From: Podarcis liolepis
Taxonomy: Eukaryota
Length of the DNA stretch: 64,000 bases
NCBI GenBank assembly: GCA_965112155.1
Contig: OZ218106.1
Direction: 5' to 3' (one strand)
The position numbers and the translations under genes were made by a program. The notes under the pieces are model-generated. The model was not told where the DNA came from and did not search any database. It saw only the letters and a list, made by a program, of their open reading frames with translations. Positions 1 through 13,273 of the stretch are shown here, piece after piece (the stretch's first letter is position 1; every line of letters begins with the position of its first letter).

Positions 1-1292
1 TGTTGTGCATATGTACTTACTTGAAAGTAAATCCTACTGTGTTCATTAGGACTTAGTCCCTAGTTATGTGGTTAAGGATGGAGGAAGGCATTTGAATCAG
101 GTCACAGATTTGCACTTCCTGAAACAGTAAGTGAAGCAAAACACAGCCATCCTTTGAAATTCACACTTCTCTGAGTGTCGCAATGCAGTTCTCCAACCAG
201 ATAATGTAAATGCATATAAAGCTTATATTAGTATCATAGAAAAATTGCAGTATATTGGAGAAAATTGTTTGCGACAAAACTGTTTTGTAGGCAAAACTGG
301 ATATAAACCGTGCAAGGAGAAATGCACACTAAACTACTCACCTATTTGATGTGGAAATATAGGGAACTGGATTTAAGACTGAGGGGGGAAATGAGATTCT
401 GAGAAAATCCTGAAATTGACAGATTTGCCCATCGTTATTTAGGGTTGCACCCTTTTCGTTTTGTGGTTTGTTTAATCAGAACTGTGTTTGAAAGGACTTG
501 GGTTGTTAACCTATGTGTTCGTAAATGCTTGCTTATCTTTTTTTTAAAAAAAAATGTGTGCAGTTGGAGACAGTTCTGATTTGGGAGAGGGTAAAATCCC
601 AAGTCGTAAATTTGCTCTTCTGAAAGCCAATCAGTGGCTTCAGTGGAAATAAACATGGTTCACACTGGTGCTTTTAAATGATCTCATTCTGAAATGTGGT
701 GGAAGTAGGAATGTGTTCACACAGACATCACTCAGTTGGGCCAGGAGAGGACAACATCAGGACTCGAAAGAGCCTCCTCTTTGTCTCATCTTCTAATTAC
801 CCTTTTTACAAAGGCTCCACCTCATGGTTTTGACATAGTGTGATTTTTGGGCAGTCATGGGCCCCATTAATGGTAGATTTGCATTCTGGGCAATAAGCAA
901 TATGGCATGTAAATAGATTTAAATAACTCTGCAGCTGAGAAGTTGCTGGGGTTTACCTCCCCCTTCTGCAGTTAAAGTATCTACCGTGCATAGAATCGCT
1001 CACAAAGCTAACACACTGAATTTATTTTTGTGATGGGTAGAAACCATTAGGGAGAGACTGGATTTATTGGGAGCATCTGCAGAGGATTACAAGGATGACC
1101 AAACACCATTGACAAATCTATTTCCTCTAATCCTGAACCATACACACACACATACATATGCACAGACTGAGTGTAGTTTCCCTGCTATGCTCTTGACATC
1201 TTCTCAAAAATGTTTTACCAGCCCAGATGCAGATAAGTGATCATTATTATGATTATGGTGCTATTTTAGGCTGCAGCTATAGAAGTATAGTA

Positions 1293-1549
1293 CAGTGCTA
1301 CCTCGGGTTATAGGCGCTTCAGGTTACAGACACTTCAGGTTACAGACTCTGCTAACCCAGAAATGGTACCTCGGGTTAAAAACTTTGCTTCAGGATGAGA
1401 ACAGAAATCGTGTCCCAGTGGCGCAGCAGCGGCAGCGGGAGGCCCCATTAGCCTCAGGTGGTTAGTTAGTGGTACCTCAGGTTAAGAACAGTTTCAGGTT
1501 AAGAACGGACCTCCAGAACGAATTAAGTTCTTAACCCGAGGTACCACTG
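1293..1549. mobile_element. Tc1/mariner (Tigger/pogo-like) MITE, family A
   Basis: TIR CAGTG(G/C)TACCTCGGGTTA...TAACCCGAGGTACCACTG with TA TSD; five copies in the window. Confidence 0.9.
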
Positions 1550-1809
1550 TACCCCGATCAAGGGACGTAATAGTACCACCCTATTCTGCCTTGGTCAGAC
1601 CACACCTGGAGTATTGGGTCCAGTTCTGGAGACCACAATTTCAGAAGAATATTGACAAGCTGGAGGGCAACCAAGATGATCAAGGGCCTGGAAACCAAGC
1701 CTTATGAGGAACTGTTGAGGGAGCTGGGTATGTTTAGCCTGGAAAAGAGGAGACTGAGACGAGCTATGATAGCCATCTTCAAGTATCTAGTGGTCTGTCA
1801 CATGGAAGA

Positions 1810-2108
1810 TGTTATGTACTGAGTTGAATAGGATCCAAAAGGCAGCAGTCTGATTGGTCCTAGAACAATAGGATTCAGAATGCAGCAGTCTGATTGGTCC
1901 ACAGGAGCCACCCAATCTATCTCCAGGTGGAAGTGAATCCGCAACCTGATTGGCCTACAGGTGAATTCCGGAATTAGCCAATCATGTGGGGCCCATTGTG
2001 TAAATAATGTATAATAAAGCAGACATTCTGGGGGAACTTCCATTCCTCCTCACCACTTTGAGATGAATAAAGAGCATGAAATCCACTCTCGTCTCCGAGT
2101 ATATTTCA
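1810..2108 (+). mobile_element. Solo LTR (299 bp) inserted in CR1
   Basis: TG...CA ends and perfect 5-bp TSD GAAGA (1805-1809, 2109-2113). Several CCAAT boxes, TATA-like gtataataaa, AATAAA at ~2066. A partial second copy lies at 27051. Confidence 0.85.
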
Positions 2109-3199
2109 GAAGATGAAGCAAGTTTCTTTTCCCCTATTCCGGAAGTATGGCCTAAACCCAGGAATTCAAGTTAAAAGAAAGGAGATTCCAACTCAACATC
2201 AGAAGGTTCTTCCTGATGTTAAGAGCTGTTTGGAATGGTATCCCTCGGGAGGTGGTCGGCTCTCCTCCATTGGAAGCTTTTAAGCAGAGGTTGGATGGCC
2301 ATTTGTCAGGGATGCTTTAGTTGAAATTCCTGCCTTGCAGGGGTTTGAACTAGATGACCCTTGGTATCCCTTCCAACTCTATGATTCTGTGGTTGTTCTG
2401 CCAGGGCCCAAATGGTTGGCAATGCGGCTGCTGCCAAGCTATTCCTTACAACACCATTCCTAGGTGTGAAGGTCAAAGTACTCCTGTTAAGTTGTAGTGA
2501 TGGGGATGAGGTTTTAATTTTGTTTGGAGGGCTGGGGTTGGTACTACTTAAGCAGTTTTATTGTGCTGGGAATTTTGTTTATTGGTTGTCCGGCTGTGCA
2601 ATTGCAGACCCACTAAGGTAGCTGGTCAGCTGTTCCCACACAGAATATTCCATTTAACTCTTCAGGGTTAGTCTAACATTGCCATAATTATCAGTAAAGT
2701 GTCAGATTTTGGGGGAAAGATCTTTAAATACACCACATAGCTTTGTACCGTATAATCTAGAAGAAGCTAATTGCCTTCCCTCATAAATTGGTACAAAATA
2801 TTTAGCACAGCAGCTGAAGCTAACAGAAGCAATCCCATACCTTTGATGCAACTGATTTTCTTCACGGCAGTAGGATTTGCAGCTAATGTCATAACTTGGG
2901 GGGAAACAAGGTGCTCTCCTGTAAAGGCATTGCAGGATCACGACCTCTTCATTAGGAAAAATGAATGGAATTTGTTCCTGGCTATTCCTCAAATGCTCCA
3001 CATGCTTAATTCTTCAGAGATGAGTGGCTGGAGTTGTCCCCCCCTCCCCCACTGATAACTGTGTTAGAAAAAATAAATACCTATTCCAAAAACAACAAAA
3101 TCCAGATCCCCAATATGGTAATCCTGAGATGACATCCCTTATTTATATTTTCTTGTCAGATAAAATGTTTACTTCATATATTGGTCACAAGAAGCTGAG

Positions 3200-3370
3200 A
3201 GAAATGAAAGAGCCACTATTGGACTTTGACATGGGTTCAGTTCCCCACTCCGCCACCAAGCTTACTGGGTGACCTTGGGCCAATCACCAACCTACTTCAC
3301 AGGGCTGTTGTGAGGATGAAAAATGAGTGCATATGCTGCCTTGAGCTTCTTGGAGGAAGAATAAATAAAA
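3200..3370 (+). mobile_element. Squamate tRNA/CORE-type SINE (Squam3-like), degenerate
   Basis: aagcttactgggtgaccttgggcc...cacagggctgttgtgaggat...ccttgagcttcttggagga with A-rich tail; related copies elsewhere. Confidence 0.6.
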
Positions 3371-3952
3371 ATGTTCATCACTAACATGACTGTGGTATCA
3401 AGGAGACACTGTCCAGAGCTTTTATGTGAAAGGGCTTGCATATTTACTTCAATTTCAATGCACTTCCTCTGTGTGTGCAACTGCTGCTCTTGTGTTGAAA
3501 GAATGCAGAGCTCACAACAGAGCTCCATATGTGCCCTGCAACTCCTTTGGCTGCAAGGAGAAGTTGCATTTCCCAGGACTCGTAAACACCTCATCTGCTC
3601 CCATAGTCGAGATGCCCAGGAGGGATAGAGGGAAAGACCTCTCTGCTCTACCATAGCGAGATAAGATGAGGTGGAAAGAGTAGTCCTGCGGTCACAACAA
3701 CTGCAGATGGAGTCGGATATAGAAATTTGGGATTGGGAGAAATTGAGAGGGATAGGACACATGGGGATGCATCTGGCTCAGAAATTAACTGAGCTATTTT
3801 CTGACCTGGCTTGGTTGGCGTGGCACAGCCCAAGTCTGAACTGAGCCTAGGAAGGTTCGCCCATCACTAATTATTAGTTGTGTGTGCAGAGGTCTGTGTT
3901 GCTGCCCATAGAACTTGGGCTGTACAAGGACAAAGGTAATTTTGTAGGGTAA

Positions 3953-4305
3953 TGGGATGTGGGTGGGGCTGTGGTCTAAACCACGGAGCCTAGGGCTTGC
4001 TAATCAGAAGGTTGGCGGTTCGAATCCCCGCGACGGGGCGAGCTCCCGTTTCTCGGTCCCAGCTCCTGCCCACCTAGCAGTTCGAAAGCACGTCAAGTGC
4101 AAGTAGATAAATAGGTACCACTCCGGTAGCAAGGTAAACAGCGTTTCCGTGCGCTGCTCTGGTTTCCAGAAGCAGCTTAGTCATGCTGGCCACATGACCT
4201 GGAAGCTGTACGCTGGCTCCCTCGGCCAATAAAGCGAGATGAGTGCCGCAATCCCAGAGTCGGCCACGACTGGACCTATTGGTCAGGGGTCCCTTTACCT
4301 TTACC
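3953..4305 (+). mobile_element. Sauria SINE, full length
   Basis: tRNA-like head with B-box ggttcgaatcc, (ACCTTT)n tail, 16-bp TSD TAATTTTGTAGGGTAA (3937-3952, 4306-4321). Confidence 0.93.
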
Positions 4306-5474
4306 TAATTTTGTAGGGTAAGATATTGACCATGTGCATCTCCTGTTCCCTTCACTGTGGGTTGTGCACTCTAACACACAAACACTTTTTGGAATTGTTC
4401 TATGAAGCTTATCTGGCAATGGCACAGACTATGGTAGGGCAGAAAGCCATGGGAATTAGTGGAAATTAGCCCTTTGCAACCAAACAGCTGGTCTACTCAA
4501 TCATCCTCCAACCACCACAAACTCTTGAAAGCGCTCTGTGAAATCAAAACAGAGCTGTCAGCAAATGGAAGCTTCTGAACCCAGTTTTACTCCTTCAGCG
4601 GTGATAAATGCCCTTCTGGATTTTCTCTCCTATCAGAGCCATGCACTTGATTCTGAAGATATCTGACCCCAACAGCTGGACATAATGGGGATTCCAGGAA
4701 GAGAGTTAGCTCAACAGCTGGGTATCGGAAGGTAATGGTTTACTTGCTTGGAGGACTATGTCGCTATGGCAACCTTACAACAGACAAAAATATGTTTGCA
4801 GCCATATGCAGTCTAAACTCACATATGAAAGCCATAAAACCCCATGGAGCTTCTTCATACAGTACAAGCAAACTTATGCAACTGGAGAAATGATATGGTG
4901 CAGATTCTACTACTGGAGAGCGCAGATGGCAATGTTTGTTCAAATGCTGTCCTAAAATCCTACACTGGATGTAGAAAAGTAACATGGAACAGCTAAGGAC
5001 TGTAGTCTATTTGTTACACTGGGGAAAAAAATACATGCAGGAAAGCATTTGTTTTCATCACTACCCCTGACCTGGGCACTCCTTTTACTAATATATCCAG
5101 CCCAATGCTCCAAGCAGTGCCAGGCAGGTGAGTCTAACCACTATTTTCAGTTTCCATAATGCCACAGACAAAGTGTGGGAAGCTTAAATAAGCCTAGCAC
5201 TGCTGCTGCTGCCTGGGTCCACTAACAGGAAGGGTTCTATCAGAGAGCAGTTTGCACAGGATTCCTTCAAAGATGGGTCCCGAGTCTGGAAAATATTGTC
5301 CTAGGAGGCTCTCCAAAGGTTCTTCCCTCCGTACCATTCCAGGGCAACCGAGTCATGTGATTTCAGTGGAATTTCCCCCCCCAAACGCATATGGAAATTC
5401 CCATTTGCCCCAGTAAATTCATGTGTTGTTCTCCGCATAAGAGCAAGTGCACTCATAAGAGCAAGTGTGATACA

Positions 5475-5658
5475 GGGGCTTAAGAGTGTCAGACCAGGAG
5501 ACCAGGGTTACAATCCCTACCTGGGCATGAAGCTCACTGGATTGGCCCAAGCACCGCCTCCCAGCCTAACCTTCCTCACAAGGTTTAATTGTGGGGATTG
5601 TGATACACATCACCTTGAACTCCTTAGAGAAAAAGGAGGGATATAAATGCAATTAATG
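5475..5658 (+). mobile_element. Squam3-like SINE
   Basis: agagtgtcagaccaggagaccagggtt...aagctcactgg...gggatataaatgcaat; same family as 3200. Confidence 0.6.
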
Positions 5659-5672
5659 AATGTTGTAATAAA

Positions 5673-6030
5673 AGGGTAAAGGTAAAGGGACCCCTGACCA
5701 TTAGGTCCAGTCGTGGCCGACTCTGGGGTTGCGGCGCTCATCTCGCTTTATTGGCCGAGGGAGCCGGTGTACAGCTTCCGGGTCATGTGGCCAGCATGAC
5801 TAAGCTGCTTCTGGCAAACCAGAGCAGCACACGGAAACGCCATTTACCTTCCCTTCCCGCCAGAGTGGTACCTATTTATCTACTTGCACTGTGACATGCT
5901 TTTGAACTGCTAGGTGGAGCTGGGACCGAGCAATGGGAGCTCACCCCGTCACAGGGATTCGAACCGCCGACCTTCTAATTGGAAAGTCCTAGGCTCTGTG
6001 GTTTAACCCACAGCGCCACCCGCGTCCCAT
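5673..6030 (-). mobile_element. Sauria SINE, full length
   Basis: (AAAGGT)n tail at left, head at right, 14-bp TSD AATGTTGTAATAAA (5659-5672, 6031-6044). Confidence 0.93.
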
Positions 6031-6808
6031 AATGTTGTAATAAAGAAGTACTGTATGCAAAAGAGCAGTTAAGTGTCTACCTCTCATGGAGTATATGTGT
6101 GTTTGTGTTGGCACATGTACTTATCATGCAGTTTTGCTCTGCAATCACTCAACCACCGTGGATAGTAGGCAGCCATCCTGGTTCCTGTACAAGATGAAGC
6201 TGCAACAGTGAAAAATATCACAGGTGGACAGCACTTTAGAACTGGTTTCTTCACTGCACCTAAGAAAGTGACTCTGATGTCGGTGGTGCTAATAAGCTCA
6301 TTATTCAGGAGAATGCTTATTTTAATCTCATGCCTGCAAGTGGTCTGTGACAGCCTGAAACATACTTGGCGCTAGTTAACCAGGAATGTCTTTGCTAAGC
6401 AACCCTTTAAAAGCCCATTGCTAACTTTAACTTTGCAAGTTTTCCACCTGCTGCTAGAGGAGCAGTTAAAAACAACAACCCTCTACCGTGTCATCATCAT
6501 CTTCCCACTTTAATTTGTTAAATAAAAACTTTTATTTCACTTATTAGCATGGCAGTGTTGACACTTTCGGATTGCTTTATATTGTTTTTCTCATTTTATA
6601 GGCTGAAAGGAGAAAACGTCCTTTTCAAACAAACAGAACCTTTCAACCTACATCCCATTTTTAGCTGAAGTTTAATTTACATCAATGTTGGAAGGATTTA
6701 CATGGTTCCATTGATGGGCTTGAGCTGTAACAGTACAGCTGCACTCCATTAGCAAATGTGCAATCCTTTTTCTGATACTGTAATGTGTATCGTGTTTTTT
6801 ATCATCAC

Positions 6809-6809
<1 letters not shown>

Positions 6810-6857
<48 letters not shown>
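6810..6857. repeat. (ATT)16 microsatellite, probably the tail of a minus-strand LINE remnant
   Basis: Perfect trinucleotide run read directly from the sequence. Confidence 0.95.
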
Positions 6858-6859
<2 letters not shown>

Positions 6860-7236
6860 GAGTTTTACACCATATTTCAGTCCAGGACTAGGCCCAAGTT
6901 TGTTCCGGCATTTTCTTTTACAGAAACTAACACATATTAAAATCAGACATATAAAAATAAAAATAAATGAAAGAGATAACTAGTTAAAAATAGTTTACAG
7001 AGCCAATCCAAATGCCATCTTGAAAAGGTCTTCTTGTAGGCCTGGAAAGAACAGGCTGTGCTAATTTTTGCTGATCAGCAAGCATCCATCAGCTAGCCTC
7101 CCACCCTATCATTCTGAAAAATACCCACTCAGTCTGCTGTGCTCCCTTATGCTTTGCTCTGGAAGTTAAAGAGAACTCTTATCAAGATGGTACAACTGCC
7201 CTTCTGTAGTAGAGTGCAAAGTGCTGAACTCCCACT

Positions 7237-7374
7237 CAGTGGGTTTTAAGGGGGTACTCAAGGGTACTCAGTACCAGCACCTCTTTTGTTGTTGTTTTTG
7301 TTAAAACATGTGGCATTTACTGCAACAACTACATGGTGAGTACCGGCACCTATTTGTCTTGGGAAAAAGCAATG
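7237..7374. mobile_element. hAT-type MITE
   Basis: CAGTG...CAATG ends and perfect 8-bp TSD CTCCCACT (7229-7236, 7375-7382); internal gtaccggcacc repeats. Related element at 58362. Confidence 0.75.
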
Positions 7375-7696
7375 CTCCCACTGATCCCTCATAAGAAGAG
7401 AGGGAATGGCCATTATTAATGAACCATTTCTCCACACTCTGGTCTTCATACCTGTTGTGTGTTCAGTTGCTATTAAAGGATGTACTGCTGGTGCAAATGC
7501 AACTGGCGATCAAATAAGAAAAGAAATTGTGCCGCTACATGTGTCATGCTACCAACACAAAGACAATACATGAACCACTAGGCAGCAGTGCAAAAGCTCC
7601 TAATCTGAAATTGTTTGCTGCAAATCTCTCTTTTCTGTGGGTGTCACTTTGTGAAACTGTTGCTGAGCACTATTCTGAGTTTGGTAACACAACGTA

Positions 7697-7863
7697 CCGT
7701 ATTTTTCCGTGTATAACACGCCCCCATGTATAAGACGCCCCCTATTTTTGGAAACTCAAAATTAAGAAAATGGGGGGAGATTGCCCCCGTGTATAAGACT
7801 ACCTCCCCCAAACATTATTTTTTAGTAAAAAAAAACCCTGGTCTTATACACGGGAAAGTATGG
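7697..7863. mobile_element. Tc1/mariner (Tc2/pogo-like) MITE, family B
   Basis: TIR CCGTATTTTTCCGTGTATAA...TTATACACGGGAAAGTATGG with TA/TG flanks. Confidence 0.8.
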
Positions 7864-8461
7864 TGATTTCTTGCTTTTGAAATAACTAAAACTCCCTTGG
7901 AGTATGATTTACAGGCACAAGCAGCTTTATTAACTGGGAAGGTATATTTATTTTTGTCCAAGCTGGATCCACTATAATGTAGAGAGCTTTTTAAAAACCT
8001 GTCAGATACTAGATTAATATAAAGGGAAAACATTTATCATGTACCGATAAAATGTATTTTATTTAGATAACAGAGAGTAAAATGCTAACAGTAACAATGC
8101 TTTGTTGTTACATTTTGCAATGCAAATCAGGATTTGGTGAACTGTCCAGCAATTAAGCTTTTCTGGTGTAAAAGAGCTCATATAATACATCTTATGCTAA
8201 TATTTTATATCCTATTCCCCTCCTAATTGTTTCTAACTTAATAACTACAGCTAGAATGTTGGTTGCAAAGGAAGTAGCATGAATCTACTCATCTTCACTA
8301 ACGGAATGGCTAGCATTACAATGATGTGTTGTATTTAATTAACTTTTACTCAGTGCAATTAATTACCATGACTTGACTTAGGTCTACTTCAGCGGCTCTA
8401 CCCTGTATGAAAGTTTAATATAACCCAACATGAATAATTCTTGTCATATGTTTTTTGTGTG

Positions 8462-8545
8462 TATAGACTGAAAATAAAACATAAAAAACCACGGTGTACT
8501 TAGGAGGTTGTTTATAATATAGTTTAATGAAAAATACATTTTATT
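8462..8545 (-). terminator. Candidate polyadenylation signal and downstream element
   Basis: AATAAA on minus at 8545-8540 and ATTAAA at 8528-8523, followed by U/GU-rich gtggttttttatgttttattttcag on minus. Confidence 0.5.
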
Positions 8546-10249
8546 TGTCATAACATTCAAAAAATATACAAATGCTTGCTTGTTTGCATACAAAGGTTGA
8601 TGCTTAAAGCATTTAAACAGTTTATTATATTATTGTGATCCTCATACAATTAAATCTTCGCTATGTGCAACACACCCGTAGTGCAATTCCCAGAGCGCCT
8701 TTGCTGGGTTTGCTGTCCTTGAATTCCAAGCTCACAGCATTCTGTAATGGGATCACGCCAGACTTCAGCCAATAACTCGCTACAATGTCATCTATGTTGA
8801 AAGCAGCATAGAGTCAACATTTTCTAGATAATTGTCTTTAGGTTTTCCACAAACAGCAGTCCATTTCACCAAAACAGTCTTCAAAGCATTTTGCCCTTCC
8901 CATTTTGCTCAACTGCACTCAAGCCCAACATACAACTGACATTATCATTCATTACCATTGCACTTTCTTTATGTCTCCCCGCTCTTTAAATTACTTGACA
9001 CTGATCTTCCCTTATCTAGAAGTTGGAGAGAGGCGGAGAACCACCACCACAGATCATTTTAAAAATCAAGCACTTTAGAATTTACTGCCCTTAGGTAATT
9101 TGCTGCAGTTTGTAACAGGAAAAGAAGTGACACCACAGCCATCAAAACTAGGTGGCAAAGGCATCTTTCTGTGGACAGAAAACAAAGTTATCTGAAGCAG
9201 CTACCAAAAAGAAAATAGTAACAAACATAATAGTGTAAAAGTCATTCCTGTATATAGACATTCAGTACAACATCTCAGGCTTGAAAAGGCGGCCTCGTAC
9301 AAGACCCAGGGAAACCAATCAGAAATTTCCCTGTGGGTTGATTGATTGGGCTCTGAAGCTGACCCAAACCACTAAAGTGATGCCTACACGCTATCATTGC
9401 TTCTTAACTGAGAGTAATCTTACCTGCAAAATGATATGGCTGCAATGTGTAAAATATATAAACCTATTAGCATGTTAACCCTTTTATGGGGAGACCATGG
9501 TTTACATTACAGTAAATCAAAAGCCAAACTACTTGTGACCCGGAAACTTAAATTCTGCCAGATACTGTAAGCAGGTAATATAAATTACACCTGTTCTACA
9601 AATGTTGTTAGCTGATTTTATATAATCAACTAATATGGCTTATTCATAGGCTTGAATCTGAAGCTGATCTTCCTTGTACGGAAGGGTTGTTTTACCGTTT
9701 GTGTGAGAATGTGGTTGATGAAAAAAGGAAATCCAAAGAGGTTTGCTTGTACAACAGCCTACACAAAGCAAACAAACACTTAAGTGTTTGCAGAACAGCA
9801 CCAGCAACCATTTCCCTTCTGCTCACGGTTCCTTTTATGCAACCCCATAGTCTGGATTCAAAGCACAGTTAATAAATCAAAAATTGATTTATTAAATGAT
9901 GTTCTGCATCAACACTCACAATAGTAACTAATATGAAGTAGGACAAACCAGGTTCGGTTTTCTGTCTTAATTTGTATTAATTTGAAAAGCTGTAGGATGA
10001 TATGTTAGCCATACTCAGGGTAGATACATAGAGATCAATGAACTTGAGAAACATGTCCATTTATTTCACTGGGTCTACTCTGAGTATGACTTAACTGGAT
10101 ATCAGACAAAATAAATAAATACATGGATAATGCAAGGCATTAAGGATAGGGGAAGAAAAGTTGGAGTAGGGCTCCAACTTTCCAAATGGGCAGGTATACA
10201 GACTTGTGAAAGGGAGGGGGATCTGATCCTTGAAGCCCTTCCCAGACTA

Positions 10250-10559
10250 CTGTATTTTTCGCCCTATAGGATGTACTTTCCCCCCTCCAAAAATGAAGGG
10301 GAAATGTGTGTGTGTCCTATGGGGCGAATGCAGGCTTCAGGAAGCTCTGCGCAAGCCTGGGGAGACCGGCGCGACTTCCTGCCAGGCTCCCTAGGCTTGC
10401 GGATAGCAGGCTGTTCTCGGGGCTGGGGTCGGGGGAAGCTCGGGCTTCCCCTGCGCCAGCCCCGCACCTGGGGGGGGATTTTTTTTTCTTTATTCCCCCC
10501 CCCAAAAAAACCTAGGTGCGTCCTATGGGACGGTGCGTTCTATAGGGCGAAAAATACGG
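10250..10559. mobile_element. Tc1/mariner MITE, family B
   Basis: TIR CTGTATTTTTCGCCCTATAG...CTATAGGGCGAAAAATACGG, TA TSD, GC-rich interior. Confidence 0.85.
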
Positions 10560-10599
10560 TACATACAGTTCAACTTTTAAAGCTGGCTTATAGCAGACC

Positions 10600-10765
10600 A
10601 GTAATCAATTTAGTGCAGTGCTGCTATGCTGACTGTCCTTGGCTCTCCAGAGTTTTAGGGAGACAGTCTTTGCAGCTCTGCTACATGAGATCCATTAACT
10701 GCGCTGAATCTGAAATATGATACGAACCGAGCATGTGCTCTACTACTGAACTACGACCCCTCCCT
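10600..10765 (-). mobile_element. tRNA-derived SINE remnant (Squam2-like)
   Basis: Minus strand begins gggaggggtcgtagttcagtagtagagcacatgc (tRNA A-box-like); similar to the 43571 element. Confidence 0.5.
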
Positions 10766-13138
10766 AATAACATAAGGCATATGCAGAGCACCACATTTAT
10801 TGGATTTTTCCAGCTTCTTGGACCAGTATTTTTAGAGAGGGCCAACTCCACAAACCTGGCTGTCTACACGTAAAAAATTGGGGGAATAATCCTGCAAAGT
10901 AAACCTCTGACCCTGATGCAGTAAAGTATTTACTCCTCTGCTTTCACCAAGACCATTCCTGTCACATATTTAATTGCTTTCCTGGCTTGGGTCCAGTATA
11001 TTGTCAGGAAATCTCACAGCAATCTTACAGAATCAAGTTCTCTCTACAATCACAAAAGTGTAGTTAGTATATAGCAGTAAAAATTAAGCATAACCTGATA
11101 TTATGACTGAAATGCGCCAAGTGAGGAGATTTGCCCTGAGAAAAGTTTTTTTTTAAAAAAAACAGGCACTAAAAATCTGTACAAACATTTAAATATAGGG
11201 TGCCTGGTCTTTTTATAACAGCAGAACTACACATTATCAGAAACACATCCCCGGTGGTTTTGGATCATTATACTGTTTCCCCAACACTGCCAGCAAAAAA
11301 TGAAGGATTGGTCAAAAATGCTCAGTGTAATGATGTCAAGACATGAGGTAATTTGAATCATGTGCTACTGAGGAGGCGGGCGGGGATCTAACACAGGGCT
11401 GATGTGTTTTTCGCAGTAGCCCTGTGTTTCTGATCACATGCAGTTCCACTCTTATTTTCAAGTACACTGGGCAAAATTGTAACCCCTGAGAGCTTCTGGC
11501 CACAATACAAGACAGAATTAAGTGTGCCTAACTCTGCGCAGGGTTGTGGTGTGTGTTTGTGTGTGCAAACACGTATCTTGTAAACTGTACAGAGTAACAT
11601 TTCCATGAGCACCGAGATAGAGGAAATATGTCACTGATTACACGGGTTCTAATGTTATGTGAATGAGAATATGACTGAGCTACTGTGGTATCCATACTGT
11701 CCGGCAGTCTGAAAACATCATACAAGTCTCTTGTGCATCACATGCAGGCTTTGAAAAATAACAGAGAATACTTTGAGAATTAGATTTTTTTTTTTTTTTT
11801 AAGAAAGAAAGAAAAGAATGAATGAATTCATTTTCTGTTAAGAAGCATTAAACTAAAAAAAACAAACCCCAAGCTAGAAAAATAAAATTATTTATACCAT
11901 ACAAAAAAATGGGGTTGTGACCCATTCGTTTTTCAGAGTTGGTATAATTTCATTTCATACAGGAAAACGGGAAATGCACATATTAAATCACCCCTAATTA
12001 GAGATATGCTTGCAGAGTATTTAATAAGGATGTAAGATTTCAGAGCTTTTTCACACATGCCATGGAAATTATCTTTGAGCCCCTCTCATGCTACTTGTAA
12101 GCACATGTGAATGGTGATAATGCAGCTCTGACTGTGCAGGCATCCCATTTTGAAATAGATTAAATAGATTGAAGGAAGGTGGATTGCCCTTTTAGCCTTC
12201 ATTTGGTGCCATGTGTGAACTGGTTTTCCATTCACCATTAATACCATAGAGGTGAATACTTTCTGGAGCAGGTAAGTGAAGGACTCTCCTGTCCTACACT
12301 TAAATTGGCACTGGCACTTGTAATCATTCAGCTTCTTTAGTTGTGGTTGAAGAAAATACGAATAAAGTCAGGGGGTGTCTTGGGTAAATGGCTTGCATGA
12401 AAACACTTTTACACTGCAACAGATCAAATGGTCTACCCCTATACTATCAAAAAGTTTTACATTTAGTGTTCAAAGCAAGTCGACAAGGCCACTGTGATGC
12501 TCACTCAAACCCATTGTGATGGAACGTGGCCCGATAAATATGCATCTTTGAGCTCATCAAACTAACTAGTTCAATAAGAAAAAAAAAAACCTCCAACAAT
12601 GCGAAAAAATAGAACCCATCCTTAGAGTACTATAGCTTATTTATTTGGGCTGGGAGCTGCTGCAAATGCTCCCATCAGTTACACAAAGCACCAGTAAGCA
12701 TGTCTGGTCTTTGGGGGGACTTGGCTGCTGGTTTTATCAACCTAGCATGGCACAGTTATGGGACATGCCCTTAGTTTTGACATGCCTTGGCCATTTATTA
12801 AGACTGATACAACAGCCCGCTTTTCCTAATGATCTATTCAATAAAAGATCTGCTTCTCCTTTAAGCTCTGTATCGTAAAGTACTGCAAAAACGTGAAATG
12901 GAATTGTATGTACAGCCTTTAGTATCTTTTTCTGACATAGGCTTTGCATGTTTCAAGTTTCACTTTCTAGCATATCCTAATTACAGGTGCAGCAAATGAA
13001 CTCAACTTAGACTGACCGGTAATGTTGTGTGAACACACATGGCCTTCACTAAAATCTTAGGATGTGTGAAATCTCCCCTGATAAATGTTACAATTCCTGT
13101 ATTGAAACTACTCTGGGCTTCCCTTGAAATTCCTCATA

Positions 13139-13273
13139 CAGTGCTACCTCGGGTTACAAACACTTTGGGTTACAGACTCCGCTAACCTGGAAGTAGTACC
13201 TTGGGTTAAGAACGGTTTCAGGTTAAGAACAGATCTTCGGAACGAAGTAAGTTCATAACCAGAGGTACCACTG
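13139..13273. mobile_element. Family A MITE, internally deleted
   Basis: Both TIRs and TA TSD present; central segment missing relative to the 1293-1549 copy. Confidence 0.88.

Larger units (their letters stand above)
1261..2391 (+). mobile_element. CR1 LINE 3' fragment, interrupted by a MITE and a solo LTR
   Basis: Degenerate RT C-terminus (...[16 protein letters not shown]...) and CR1 3' end (gaactagatgacccttgg...ccttccaactctatgattctgtg). Confidence 0.85.

Noticed and set aside
3953-4040. tRNA gene (B-box GGTTCGAATCC)
   Set aside because: It is the tRNA-derived head of a Sauria SINE, with no complete cloverleaf.
1-8400. Terminal exons of MTTP, the expected syntenic neighbour from recalled human gene order
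   Set aside because: I could not find MTTP-like coding sequence by eye. It is probably outside the window; tBLASTn would settle this.
10130-10720. 196-aa plus-strand ORF
   Set aside because: Runs through a GC-rich MITE and a SINE remnant; no domain or splice support.
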